Shown here piece by piece: positions 50,687 to 64,000 of a stretch of 64,000 nucleotides of DNA (positions within the stretch are counted from its first letter, which is position 1; each line of letters opens with the position of its first letter). The stretch is from positions 97,466,001 through 97,530,000 of the forward strand of contig NC_087472.1 in assembly GCF_036321535.1 (NCBI RefSeq), written 5' to 3'. A program made the position numbers and the translations under genes. Below the pieces are notes generated by a model that saw only the letters and a program-made list of their open reading frames with translations, did no database searches and was not told the origin of the DNA. Source of the stretch: Camelus dromedarius. Lineage: Eukaryota.

Positions 50687-51200
50687 GGTTAATGTATGGC
50701 CAATAAGTTATTCTCAATTGCTTGTAACAGTAACTGGGACTTTGGTTTTATCATCTGACCATTTGGTGATGCCTATGGGATGAATAATGGATATCTATTT
50801 TCTGTTGGAAATAAGTGCTTCTATCAACTGAAATCCCATACATAGGAAATAAATTGAACTTCTAATATTGTAGAAATTACTTGTTTAGGGACATTTAAAA
50901 AATCCATGTTAATAAAGATTAATCTTTGACACATTTGACTGAATTAATCATTTTGGTTTAAAAATGATAGTTATGCATCCTTTCCTTGAGTTTATAAAAA
51001 TGTAGTATAATACAAATGTGCACTTTATATTTTAGTAAGATTTTAATTTCTTTTCCCTCATAAGAATAGTTATTCTAAATTCTCAATGAACTTCTAATAA
51101 TAGTTTAATAATCAAATAAACATACATTACTCCTACATAATTAAAATTATGACAAGTGTAAATTTGTGTTCAACTAAATTGTTTAATTATTCTGACAAAC

Positions 51201-53240
51201 TGTTTTTTTAACTTTTTTTTTTTTATTGAGTTATAGTCATTTTACAATGTTGTGTCAAATTCCAGTGTGGAGTACAATTTTTCAGTTATACATGAACATA
51301 TGTATATTCATTGTCACATTCTCTTTGGCTGTGAGCCACCCCAAAATCCTGTATATATTTCACTGTGCTACACCGTACAATCTTGTTTATCTATTCTACA
51401 TTTTGAAATCCCAGCCCTTTCCCACTCCCCATCCCCCTGGCAACCACAAGTTTGTATTCTATGTCTATGAGTCTGTTTCTGTTTTGTATTTATGGTGTGG
51501 TTTGTTTTTTTGTTTGTTTGTTTAGATTCTACATATGAGTGATCTCATATGGTATTTTTCTTTCTCTTTCTGGCTTACTTCACTTAGAATGACATTCTCC
51601 AGGAACATCTGTGTTGCTGCAAATGGCATTATGTTGTCAGTTTTTGTGGCCGAATAGTATTCCATTGTATAAGTATACCACCACTTCTTTATCCAGTCAT
51701 CTGTTGATCAACATTTAGGCTGTTTCCATGTCTTGGCTATTGTAAATAGTGCTGCTATGAACATTGGGGTGCAGGTGTCTTTTTGAAGTAGGGTTCCTTC
51801 TGGATAGATGCCCAGGAGTGGGATTCCTGGGTCATATGGTAAGTCTATTCCTAGTCTTTTGAGGAATCTCCACACTGTTTTCCACAGTGGCTGCACCAGC
51901 CTGCATTCATTCCCACCAGCAGTGTAGGAGGGTTCCCTTTTCTCCACAGCCTCTCCAGCATTTGTCATTTGTGGACTTCTGAATGATGGCCATTCTGGCT
52001 GGAGTGAGGGGATACCTCATTGTAATTTTGATTTGCATTTCTCTGGTAATTGGTGATATTGAGCATTTTTTCATGTGCCTGTTGATCATTTGTATTTCTT
52101 CCTTGGAGAATTGCTTGCTTAGATCTTTTGCCCATTTTTGGATTGGGTTGTTTGGTTTTTTCTTATTAAGTTGTATGAGCTAGTTATATATTATGGAGAT
52201 CAAGCCTTTGTCAGTTTCATCTTTTGCAAAAATTTTCTCCCATTCTGTAGGTTGTTGTTTTGTTTTACTTCTGGTTTCCTTTGCTGTGCAGAAGCTTGTA
52301 AGTTTCATTAGGTCCCATTTGTTTATTCTTGCTTTTATTTCTATTGCTTGGGTAGACTGCCCTAGGAGAACATTTTTGAGATGTATGTCAGGTAATGTTT
52401 TGCCTCTATTTTCTTATAGGAGGTTTATTATATCTTGTCTTATGTTTAAGTCTTTGATCCATTTTGAGTTTATTTTTGTGTATGGCATAAGGGAGTGTTC
52501 TAGCTTCATTGATTTACATGCTGATGTCCAGTTTCCCCAACATCATTTGCTGAAGAGACTGTCTTATTCCATTGTATGTTCTTGCCTCCTTTGTCGAAGA
52601 TTAGTTGACCAAAAGTTTGTGGTTCATTTCTGGGCTCTCTATTCTGTTCCATTGGTCCATATGTCTATTTTTGTACCAGTACAATGCTATCTTGATGACT
52701 GTAGCTCTGCAGTATTGTCTGAAGTCTGAAAGAGTTATTCCTCCAGCCTCTTTCTTTTTCTTCAGTAATACTTTGGCAATTCTAGGTCTTTTGTGGTTCC
52801 ATATAAATTTTATTATGATTTGTTCTAGTTCTGTGAAATATGTCCTGGGTAATTTGATAGGGATTGCATTAAATCTGTAGATTGCCTTGGGCAGTATGAC
52901 CATTTTAACACTATTGATTCTTCCAATCCAGGAGCATGGGATATCTTTCCATTTTTTTAAGTCTTCTTTAATTTCCTTCATCAGTGTTTTATAGTTTTCC
53001 GTGTATAAGTCTTTCAACTCCTTGGTTAGATTTACTCCTAGGTATTATATTACTTTGGGTGCTATTTTAAAGGGGATTGTTTCTTTACTTTCTTTTTCTG
53101 TTGATTCATCATTAGTGTAAAGAAATGCAACTGATTATTGATCGTTAATCTTGTAACCTGCTACCTTGCTGAATTCTTCGATTATTTCTAGTAGTTTTTG
53201 TGTGGACCTTTTAGGGTTTTCTATGTATAGTATCATGTCT
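51201..53240 (-). mobile_element. Young camelid-type L1, ~2 kb, frameshifted ORF2
   Basis: ORFs 52601-53017, 51907-52089 and 51708-51968 are consecutive ORF2 pieces. Candidate TSD tctgacaaact (51191) / tctgacatact (53238). Confidence 0.95.
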
Positions 53241-56200
53241 GACATACTTTTTATATTACCAGATTCTGTTTTGTAGTTTGAAAGTTTAAACATAATTTTA
53301 AACATCCTATTTTAAATCTTGGATTAATTTTAAATTGATTTAATTTGTGGATAGTTACTAAATATCAAGACAATTTTTAAGAATGATTGAGTATTAAAAA
53401 ATTGATTACAAAGCTTATATACCTTTACTTTTGAAATATTTTCTACGGTGCTCTGGAGTGGTTCTATCTTTGAGTCAGGTTAATGAACATGAATAATGAG
53501 TCATGTTACTGTTCCTTTTTGCCATTTTAACTAGGTTTAAGAGATGTGAGTGGCTGTGGAGAGTGGTGTAATTTGTATTTATGAGCTTTGATAGTTTGCT
53601 TGTATAGGACAGAATACTTGTATGGGACAGAAAGTCCTCAAATATCTACCTTTTTTTTTTTTTTGTAAAAGTACAGGTTAGTTACTTGGATTATTGTATG
53701 TGGTTCAGGCTATAGAAGGAGCGATACAGAGAAATACAAATGCTTATTTGCAGTTGTAAATTAAATGAGGTTTTCTACAAGGAGAAATCGGATTAGTTTA
53801 ATCATATCCTGAATGGTTGTAGAATATATATGGAAAGTTTAAAAAGTTTGCAAAGAGGGAATTTTTATTGCATTGTTCATAATATCTACAAATACTAACT
53901 GTGAAAAAAAGCACCAGAATGTATTTAAATTTTGACAAAGTTGACTTGGTTGTGGTGGGCTTAAACATAAGAAAAAAGCCTATAAAACCTTTACTGCCAA
54001 AAATCATCTTAATGGAAAGCAAGAATTTGGCTTTCAGTCTGTCTAAGTGTTAAATTTGTCTTAGAACTCCTAATAAGAATATTATTAGGTGTTATTCTTT
54101 ACCTTCCTTATAATCTGCCCAGACAACACAGATGTCAAATCTCACCAAAATAATATTAATCTGATTTTTGTTGGCTTGATTATATTTGCTGTTATTATTA
54201 CTTTGTATAATATTGCTTTTATGAAAGAAAAAGAAAGAGAGAAAAGAGGAGGAAAAGGGGAGAGAGAGAGAGGAAGGAAAATCAGACACATTTACAGGGT
54301 TTGTCCCCCATCAATAAAACCTGGCTTTGCCCATGTTCATTCTGGGAACAGTCAAGGTAGATTGCTTGGCTCAGAGGTATGGTTTGTGACAGTAGAGATG
54401 ATCATTACTTTTTAACAAAAAGCAAAGATTCCTTACTTGTGAAAGAGCTAAGGTTCCTTACAATCATGTGGTCTTTTTCTCTGTTTATTTTATTTTATTT
54501 CATTTATTTATATTTGTTTATATTTGACTCTTTCATTAATGGACATTGTTTCTCGGGAACCTATGGTTCTATCTTAATAAACTGACCAAATGTCCTCTCA
54601 AAACTCTTTCAATTATGACTTCCCAAGATCAAAACCTACGTTAAAAATAAATAAAAATTTTAGGGTACTTTTAACACCTAAAACTATCTTTCAGATTTCC
54701 CAGATGGCCCCTGAAAAAGCACAAAAAATTGCTATTTCACTTTATCGAAAAGGGATGCCAGTAATAATTAGGTTTTTTTTAAAAAAAATAATAACTCCAC
54801 ATTTCTTAATTAGCTCAGCATTATTGTAGAAGATTGATGGAAAGAATTTACAACTCAGAAGAGATGTTCAACCTTCCCAAGTTTAAGTTAGAATAAGTAA
54901 ATTTTTATTAATATAAATATTTCATAGATTGTAAGCTTTATGATAAGGCCCTGGAGATTTGTCAATGCCTTCATCGTCCACAATATAATATTACCTTCAG
55001 GGGAATCCTTGTTCAAACCTTTATGAAATAGTTATTTACACACCCCAATAGAGAATTTTACTCTTCTATATTCTTATACTATTGGTTACTATGGTAAATT
55101 AACCACAGCCATCCAGTCTTATTATTGAACAGTTTTATCCTTTCCCCTGATACTTTCATCAAGACTCTGCTATAAAGCTTCAGGCTAAAATTTGTAAAAA
55201 CAAAGCAAAACGGTCTCAGGGCCTTGTGGAAATAACTTTTCCATACACCGTGAACTATGGCTACTCCAGGGAACACACTCTTGGGTAAGACTTCAAGCTG
55301 ATGATGCTTAGACAACTATCAAGCCATGCTATGGACTGTTAGGAGTTACAGGAATCTTTTTAGCCTGCAAGTAGATGTATGTCATGAATGCAGATTGCTG
55401 AAAAAAATCAGAAAAATTAATGATCCAGGACTACATAATCTTATGAGGAAAATAGAACTGTGACTGTTTGGAATGATGTTGGTATCATTTTGGATTTTCT
55501 ATTTTTTCTGATCTATGAAGCAGCTCTTTTTTTCTTAAGCTGTTCTTAACTCTAAGTTTATTAGATTATGATTTTATAAATTGAAAATATCTTTGATGGT
55601 ATTTGAGTCTCACTGAAGCCCACTCCCAATTCAAAAAAAAAAAACATTTTTACGAGACTTCTTAGTTTTTACGGGAGTATATTTACATAGGCTCAAATAG
55701 AAGATGTCCTCATTTTTACTGGGATGCAATTGGATATACCAGGTGTTGAATCAAGATTATACCATACCTTAAGTATCGATTTTTAAATTATACTAATCTG
55801 ATCAAGTATGGAAAGCTTACTTCTAAATAAAATAAATTGACTTTATATGTAGAGCCCATGCTTAAAAAATCCTCCCAAGAAAACTAATTTGGTAGTTGTC
55901 TTACTTAGGGTCTCAATCTCAAAGGTGCTGAAGAGTTCTGTTTCTGTCAGGCAGTAGACCTTAAATTTGGGGGACTTTAAGAGAGAGGATGTAACTCAAA
56001 TTTATAGATCCTGCAGAGAAATTCGGAGGAAAGTATGTTAGGCTTTATTTCCTAGCCCTGGGATATAATGACAAAAGTAGATAATTTTAAAGTCCAATCC
56101 AAGATTCCTTGAAAATTTCCAGACAGAAGTTCTTTGGACATAATTTACTAAATACTGTATGCTCAAGGAACCTTATGTTAATTACTACTCTTGTCGCACA

Positions 56201-56416
56201 TGCATAAACAATCAGGCCAAACATAATGGGACCAGCTTTATTGTGATCAAGAATAATCTTTGGAGAAAATCACAAATATGTGGAAACTAAGCACAATCCT
56301 AAATAATCAGAAGGATAAAGAAGAAATCACAAAGGAAATTAGGAAATGCTTTGAGATGATGGAAAATAAAAACTCTATATACAGAAACTTAAGGAATGCA
56401 GCTAATGCAGTGTTTT

Positions 56417-56504
56417 TAAAATTTTATTTTATTTTTTATTGAACTATAGTCAGTTTACAATGTTGCATCAATTTCTGGTGAGTATCATAACATTTCAGTC
56501 ATCC

Positions 56505-56542
<38 letters not shown>

Positions 56543-57659
56543 CTTTTCATATTCTTTCTCATTGTAAGTTACATCAAGATATTGAAAATAGTTCTCTGTG
56601 CTATAGAAACTTGTTGTTTAGTATTTTATTTCTAAACCTACCAGGTATTAACAGTTATTTTGAAGGAATCTAAACCCAATTAATCTATGAATATGATGAT
56701 TCTTAGATATTATTTTTCTTCTTCTTTATTGAAGTATTGTCAGTTTAGAATGTTGTGTCAATTTCTGGTGTATGGTACAATGCTTCAGTCATACATGAAT
56801 GTACATATATTTTCATATTCTTTTTCACCATAAGCCACTACAAGATATCAAATATAATTCCATGTGCTATACAGTATAAACTCATTTCTCTATTTTATAT
56901 ATACCAGTCAGTATCTGCAAATCTCGAACTCCAAGTTTATCCCTTCCCACCTCTTTTACCCCCTGGTAACCATAAGTTTGTCTTCTATGTTTGTGAGTCT
57001 GTTTCTGTTTTGTAAATAACTTCGTTTTGCTTTTGTTTTTTTCTAATTCCACATATAAGTGATATCATATGGTATTTTTTTTTCTCTTTCTGGATTACTT
57101 CACTTAGAATGACATTCTCCAGGGCCATCCATGTTGCTGCAAATGGCATTATTTTATTATTTTTATGGCTGAGTAGTATTCCATTGTATAAATATACCAC
57201 ATCTTCTTTATCCAGTCATCTGTCAATGGACATTTAGGTTGTTTCCATGTCTTGGCTATTGTAAATAGTGCTGCTACGAACATTGGGGTGCAGGTATCTT
57301 TTTGAATTAAGGCTCCCTCTGGATATATGCCCAGGAGTGGGATTGCTAGGTCATATGGTAAGTCTATTTTTAGTCTTTTGAGTAATCTCCATACTGTTTT
57401 CCACAATGGCTGCACGAAACTGCATTACCACCGACAGTGTAGGAGGGTTCCCTTTTTTCCACACCCTCTCCAGCATTTATTGTTTGTGGACTTTTGAATG
57501 ATGGCCATTCTGACTGGTGTGAGATGATACCTCATTATAGACAGCTCACACAACTTAATAAGAAAAAAACAAGCAACACAATCCATAAACAGGCGGAAGA
57601 AATAAACAAACAATTCTCCAGTGAACACATACAAATGGCCAATAGGCACATGGAAAAAT
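56417..57659 (-). mobile_element. Composite L1 insertion: 3' UTR fragment, ~80 bp non-L1 DNA, then L1 with 5' inversion
   Basis: Bounded by an exact 16-bp TSD gctaatgcagtgtttt (56401-56416 and 57660-57675). Confidence 0.9.
56510..56541. repeat. (TA)n microsatellite in an L1 3' UTR
   Basis: Read directly from the sequence. Confidence 0.9.
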
Positions 57660-59894
57660 GCTAATGCAGTGTTTTGAAGGAAATATATGCCTAGAGATGC
57701 CTATATTATAGAAGAAGAAAGAGTTCAAATCAATAACCTAACCTTCCACCTTAAGAAAATGGAAAAAGAGAAACAAACAACACAGATCAAGCAGAAGGAA
57801 GGAAATAAAGATTTGAGTAGAAATAAATGAAATAGAGAATAGAAAACAAAGGAGAAAAATAAACAGAACTTCATGTTGAGTCTTGGAAATATCAGCAAAG
57901 TGGACAACACTTTATCTAGACTGAAAAAATAGAAGATTCAAATTCTGAAATCAGAAATGGGAGAGGAGGCATGATTCCTGACCTTACAGAAATAGAAGGT
58001 ATTCTAAGGGAACAATTGTATGCCCCCAAATTAGATAACCTGGAGGAAATGGAAAAATTCCAAGACACAAACTACTGAATCTGATTCAAGAAGAAATGGA
58101 AAATCCTAATTGACCTATAAGAAAGAGATTGAATTAGTAATCAAAATCTTCCCACAAAGAAACATTGAAGACCAAAATTCTACCAAACGTCTGAAGGTTT
58201 AACACCAATCCTTGACAACCTTCCAAAAAACAGAACACTTGACAGCTCACTTTATGAAGCCAGTATTATTCTGAGACCAAAATCAGGCAAAGATGGCACA
58301 TGAAAAGAAAATTATATAAAAAATTTCCTATGATTATAGATATAAAAATTCACAACAAAATGCTAGTAAACTAAATCTAGCAACATGTATAAAAATTGTA
58401 TGCCACAAACAGGTGGGATTCCAGCAATACAAGGTTGGTTCGACATATGAGAATCAATCAATTTGATATACCATATTAATATAATAAAGGACAAAAAGCA
58501 TATTACCATCTCAATAGATCAGAAAAGCAATAACCTAACACCGTTTCTTGATAGAAGTACTCAACAAAGTAAAAATAGAAGGAAACTCCTATGAAGGGCA
58601 TCTTTGAAAAACCCACAGCTAACGTACTTATTGGCAAAAGACAGAAAGCTAGGATCTGAACAAGACAAGAATGTTTGCTCTTGGTACTACTATTCAGCAT
58701 TGTACTGCAGGTTGTTCTAATCAGTGCGATTAGGAAGAAAAATGAAAGATATTGGGATTGGAAAGGAAGAAGTAAAACTATCTCTATTTGCAGATGACAT
58801 GATTATGAATATAGAAAATCCTAAAAAATCAATCTTTTTGAGTTAGTTAACAACTTAAGTGTGTCTCTAGGATATAAGATCAACATGCAAAAATCAGTTG
58901 TAATTTCCATACATTTACAATGAGCAATCCAAAATGAAATTATGATAACAATTTTATTTTCAACAGTATTAAAATAATAGGATGGTGAGAAAGAAATTTA
59001 ATAAAATAAGTGGAAAGTTCATTGTCTGAAAACTACAGACAGAGGTGAAATAAATTAAAGAAGACCTAAATAAATGAAAAGGTCTCCAATATTCATGCAT
59101 TGGAAGACTTAGTATTTTTACAGTGACAATACTCTATAAATTTACTTACACATTCAACACAATTCCTGTCAAAATCCCATCTGTATTTTCAGGAATTGAC
59201 AAACTTATCTTATAATTTTTATGTAAATGCAAGGGAATCAGAATGATCAGAGGAATTTTTAAAAGAATAACAAATTTGAAGGACTCACAACTAAAAATTT
59301 TAGAACTTCCTACAAATGTATAAAAACCAGGACTGTGACGTACTGGAATAAGGATAGACATATAAGTCAAAGGAATCGAATTGAAAGTCAATAAATAAAC
59401 CCATATAATTATGGTCAATTGATTTTTGAAGGGGTGCTAGGATAATTCAGTGAAGAACAAATAGTCTTTTCAACAAATGATGCTGATACAACTGTATAGT
59501 GACACTCAAAAGAATGAAGTTTTATCCCTACCTCACACTATACACAAAAATAAACTCAAAATGGGCCAGACATCAAAATATAAGAGCTCAAACTCTAAAA
59601 CTTTTCAGAAAAAAACATAGTTATAAAACCTGTGACCTTGGATTAGGCAATAATTTCTTAGATACGACACTAAAATCACAAACAGTAAAAGGGGAAAAAG
59701 GATAAATTTGACTTAATCAAAATTAAATACTTTTGTGTTTCAAAGGGCACTATCAAGAAAGTGAAAAGATAGCCTACAGAATAGAATACGTTTGCAAATT
59801 ATAGCTAATAATGGTCTAGTAAAGGTGATATGTAAGTAACTCTCACAACCAGTCAAAAAAAGATTGATAATGCAGTTTTAAAGTGAGCAAATGT

Positions 59895-61620
59895 GTCCAC
59901 AAATGACATGATCATCTATGTAGAAAATCTGAAAGAATAAGCAAAAACCTATTATAAGTGGAACTAGTTAGTGATTTTAGCAAGATTTCAGGATGCAACA
60001 TTAATAAACTAAAGCTAATTGCTTTTCTGTATACCAGCAGTGAACAAGTAGAATTTGAAATTAAAAACACATTATCATTTACATTAGCAGCCCAAAAATG
60101 AAATTTGTAAATCTAACAAAATATGTACAAGATCTATATGAGGAAAACTACAAAACTCTGATGAAAGATGTAGAACTAAATAAATGGAGAGATATTGCAA
60201 GTCCATGGATAGAAAGACTCAATATTGTCAAGATGTCAGTTTTTCCCAAATTGGTCTATAGAGTCAATGCAATCCCAATCAAAATCCCAGGAAGTTATTT
60301 TGTGTATATAGACAAACTTATTCTAAAGTTTATATGGAGCGGCAAAAGACCCACAATAGCCAACACAATATTAGAGGAGAACAAAGTTGGAGGACAAACA
60401 CTACTTGATTCAAGAATTATTATAATGCTACAGTAATCAAGACCGTGTGGTATTGGTGAAATAATAGACAAATAGACAAATGGGAGCAGAATAGACAGCA
60501 TAGAAATACACCCACATTAATACAGTCAGTTGATCTTTGACAGAGGAGCAAAGGCTATACAATAGGGGTAAAGATGATTTCAGCAAATGGTGGTAGAGCA
60601 ACTGGACATCCACATGCAAAAATTAATCTAGACACTAGCCTTACACACTGTACAAAAAATTAATTCAAAATGGACCAAAAACATACATGTAAATTGTAAA
60701 ACTAAAACTTCTAGAAGATAACATAGGAGAAAACCTGGATGATCTTGAGTATAGCGATGACGTTTTATATACAACATCAAAGGCACGATCCATGAAAGAA
60801 TGAATTCATGAAAATTAAAACACTTCTGCTATGTAAAAGACAGTATCAAGAGAATGGGAAGGCAAGTCATAGACTAGGAGAAAATATCTGCAAAAGAAAC
60901 ACATCTAGTAAAGAACTATTAGTCGAAATATACAAAAGACTTAAAACTCAACAATAAGAATATGAACAACCCAATTAAAAAATGGGCCAAAGATCTGAGC
61001 AGACATCTCACCACAGAAAATATACAGATGGCAAGTAAGCAGATGAAAAGATACTCAACATCATATACTATTAGGCAATTGCAAATTAAGACAAAAATTA
61101 GATACCATTAAAACCTATTAGATGGCCAAAATCCAAAACACTGACAACACCAAATGCTGGGAGAATGTGGAGCAACAAGAGCTCTCATTGATTGCTGGTG
61201 GGAATGCATAATAGTAGAGCCACTCTGGAAGACGACTGGGCAGTTTCTTATGAAACTGAACTTACTCTTACCATATGATCCAGCAGTCTCACTCCGTGAT
61301 GTGTACTCAAATGAATTGAAAATGTATGCCCGTAAAAAACCTGTACACAGAGGTTTATAGCAATTTTATTAATAATTGCCAAAACTTGAAAGCAATCAAG
61401 ATGCCCTTCAATATGACATTCTGGAAAAGGCAAAACTATGGAAATATTTTAAAAGATCATTGCTTTCCAGGTGTGGTAGCTTGGAGGAAGATGAATAGGC
61501 AGAGCACAGAGGATTTTTTTAGGGCAGAGAAAATACTCTATATGATATTAAAATTATGGATATATATCCATATATATAAAAATATACATTTGTCCAAACC
61601 CATAGGCTGTACAACACAAT
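59895..61620 (+). mobile_element. L1MC-like element, from the RT region to the 3' UTR
   Basis: Starts at 'aatgacatgatcatctatgtagaaaatct'. ORF 60098-60436 ([14 protein letters not shown]...NAIPIKIP). UTR 'gacattctggaaaaggcaaaactatgg'. Confidence 0.9.
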
Positions 61621-61664
61621 TTTGCTGTTTCAAAAGTGTACTTCAACAGAATTAATCATATTAC

Positions 61665-61790
61665 AATTGAATGGAATCTTAGACATAGTAATAAACTCAA
61701 ACACCTAAGTTTACAAGTAAGGAAAATAAATCCCTTAGTAGTTCAGTGCCTTTTAAAAAGTCGCTAGTTAGTGCTAAGTTGTAACTTAGT
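61665..61790 (-). mobile_element. MIR-like remnant
   Basis: 'ggaatcttagacatag...tttacaagtaaggaaaataaatccc'; weak match. Confidence 0.3.
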
Positions 61791-64000
61791 CATTGAGTGC
61801 TAAAGTAAGATGTTAATTTCACTTCCACCCCATCATCTCAGAAGACACTTTCACACTGTGACAGTTTACTGTTTGATCCCAAAACACTTCTATAAACAGA
61901 TTTTTGGTTAAATTTGGCAAATGTGGATATGGTAACCAATTGATTTATTTTTGGAGACCATCTCTGTTACCAGGATATAAAAATTCAAGTTAGACAATTG
62001 AAATGATTACAGAATAAAATCTCTTGTATTCTTTTAACTTTATTTTTACTTAAAGTATAAAAATGTAAAAATTTAGAATTTGTACCTAAGATAGTCATTA
62101 ATAATGCCATTTTATTTTCCCCTAAGGGATAAGCTAACCCTGTTATGTAACTGATATTAATGATTATACACAGAGAGAAAAGCTCAATTTATTTTAAGAC
62201 ACAATTAATGTCAGAATCAGAGCTAGTTTCCAAAGCAAATGGTTTGATGGTGTGATGTAGTCAAGTACTTTCATATAATTCTATGAAATGGATTGTAAAA
62301 ATAAATCATTTCATTTGCCATTTATAGCTTAATTTAATGATGCTACCATTTCCTTGACAAATTGCGTGCAGGGAAAGGAATGAAGCCTAGCTATTTGTAT
62401 AACAAGAGTATAAATATGTTTGTATTGAGCAAATAGGAGTTTATCTGATGTGTACTTGTATTCTAGTGAAATGATCTTCACTCTCACAGCGAAGAACTTT
62501 ATTGAAAACTAAGAATCAAGACAAGGTTTTTACTAAAATATCAACTTTTTCTAGGAATCATATATAATTCTCTTGCTTTTATACCTCCTGAGCAGGCAGA
62601 AGACACTTCTAGTTTCTGTTAAAAATGATATCTATGATTATTGTTAGTTTACAAAGAAGATGTGAAATGCAGTTTCATTCTACAGAAGGCAAGATAGATG
62701 CCTCTGCTCATTCTTTCATGGATTCCATCATTATGTTTGTGAGATATTCCTTAACATCTAAAACTTACACTGAGAAATTTTGGTAGAAGTAGAAAAAAGA
62801 TAAATCAATAAATAATGTTGAATGTTAATTAATTTTATCCCCGTGGACTTCTGTGTACTCTATAATATTTGCAAAACAGTTGCTCCAACTTTCAGTGTCT
62901 ACATCACAACTGAAATATCCACCAACAAAGCCACGTACAGAGAGAAACAGAGGGTCATATGATTCTTATGCTGAATTTTGATCTGTGAACGACTTCAAGA
63001 TTTCATGAGTCCTTAAGAAAATAACACAAACAAATGCAAAAACAAAACCTCTCTATCCCATTGTCAGAAACTTTAGAGAACTCTGCCTTGGTAATACTGA
63101 GAACCCCTCTCATTTAAAACTACCTGTTAAATTGTTTGAGTGTTTCATAAATTTTTTTTAACTTGACACTGATTTGTTCAGGCAAAGCACTTCTTTTATG
63201 CTTATAGTTCGGGAAGTGCTAACTCTGAGGTATGCAGAGTAAACAAATTTTGAATGCCGGACTTCTAACTAGCTTCATTTATGAAGTTAACGAATATTTA
63301 TTGAGTGCCTACTATGATAAACACTTTTTTTGTTTTAGAAACTGGTCACTGTTTATGTTCTTTTCTCTGCCTTTCAAAATCATCATAGCAAAATTCTAAA
63401 ATCCTCAAATTCTGAAAACCAATCACCTTGTTGTACTTAGTTCAATTCTCAACTAAACGTTCATTACAGTAGGTCATTAATGACAGTGCATCCTCCTCAG
63501 AATTTAGGGAAGACCTGCCTTTTTTTAGTTCATAAGCAATGGCTTTCATGAGTAAAATACTTCCCAACAGTCCAATCTGGAATCCTATCCAGCTTTTCTT
63601 GGGGTTAAGATGCTGAAAGTTAGTTTATACTAATTGCAGACATGTTACCTGGGAGGAATAGTATGTTAGGCACTATAATTATTACAGCTTAGTAGGAATT
63701 AGCAACCTAATCCCTGAAAAAAAATCCTGAGAAGATGGAACAGAGGCAGGTAATTTTTGATGGGGAGAAGAGATTTCACACAGTTTCTTTTGAGTAGTGC
63801 TGTTCTTAGAAAAAGCCAGGCTGGGTGGTGGTCTGTTCCTGGGAGAAAAGCCCCCAAAATGCATAAAAGAATAGAAATACTTTAAAATCACAAAGATTAA
63901 GATATTCAGAAATAACCATCATTAGTATTAAGAGGCTATCGTTCTAGATATTTTTGTATACACATAGCAGAAAGATAGAAAATATTTTTATCAGACAGGG

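Larger units (their letters stand above)
56259..59893 (+). mobile_element. Old L1 ORF2 (host), interrupted at 56417-57659
   Basis: ORF 56260 (NMWKL...KEEITKEIRK...NLRNAANAV) resumes after the TSD. RT core 'ctatctctatttgcagatgacatgatt' (LSLFADDMI) at ~58778. Confidence 0.9.

Noticed and set aside
52193..52729. Recurring hydrophobic plus-strand ORFs ([12 protein letters not shown]..., [10 protein letters not shown]...) that look like a paralogous membrane-protein family
   Set aside because: They are antisense readings of L1 ORF2 and recur only because the L1s do.
1..64000. Prokaryote-type systems (CRISPR array, operon, defence island, retron)
   Set aside because: There is no regularly spaced repeat-spacer array and no gene-dense coding. 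The sequence is mammalian and repeat-rich, and the only RT-like sequence is decayed L1.

Overview
This is AT-rich, CpG-poor mammalian non-coding DNA, very probably from a camelid (camel, alpaca or llama). That inference rests on a tRNA-Ala-derived Vic-1-like SINE and a young L1 family whose 3' UTR resembles camelid L1. I found no protein-coding exon, RNA gene, operon or CRISPR array. The ORFs with recognisable homology are degraded LINE-1 ORF2 fragments; the rest look like chance ORFs. Much of the window is transposon-derived: many 5'-truncated L1s (often nested and mostly on the minus strand), a TSD-flanked ERV1/MER41-like solo LTR, old MaLR/ERVL LTRs, hAT and Tigger MITEs, MIR and L2. I see no new biological system. 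The most interesting signals are mutational scars. (1) A multi-step templated insertion at ~22.7 kb that copies an inverted 41-bp segment from ~700 bp upstream. (2) A composite L1 insertion at 56.4-57.7 kb combining a 5' inversion with a probable 3' transduction inside one 16-bp TSD. (3) Further twin-priming inversions. (4) An ancient local duplication whose second copy carries a MER53. (5) A pre-miRNA-sized hairpin and an RFX X-box in unique DNA. Repeat family names come from remembered consensus sequences, not a database search, and boundaries of old repeats are approximate.
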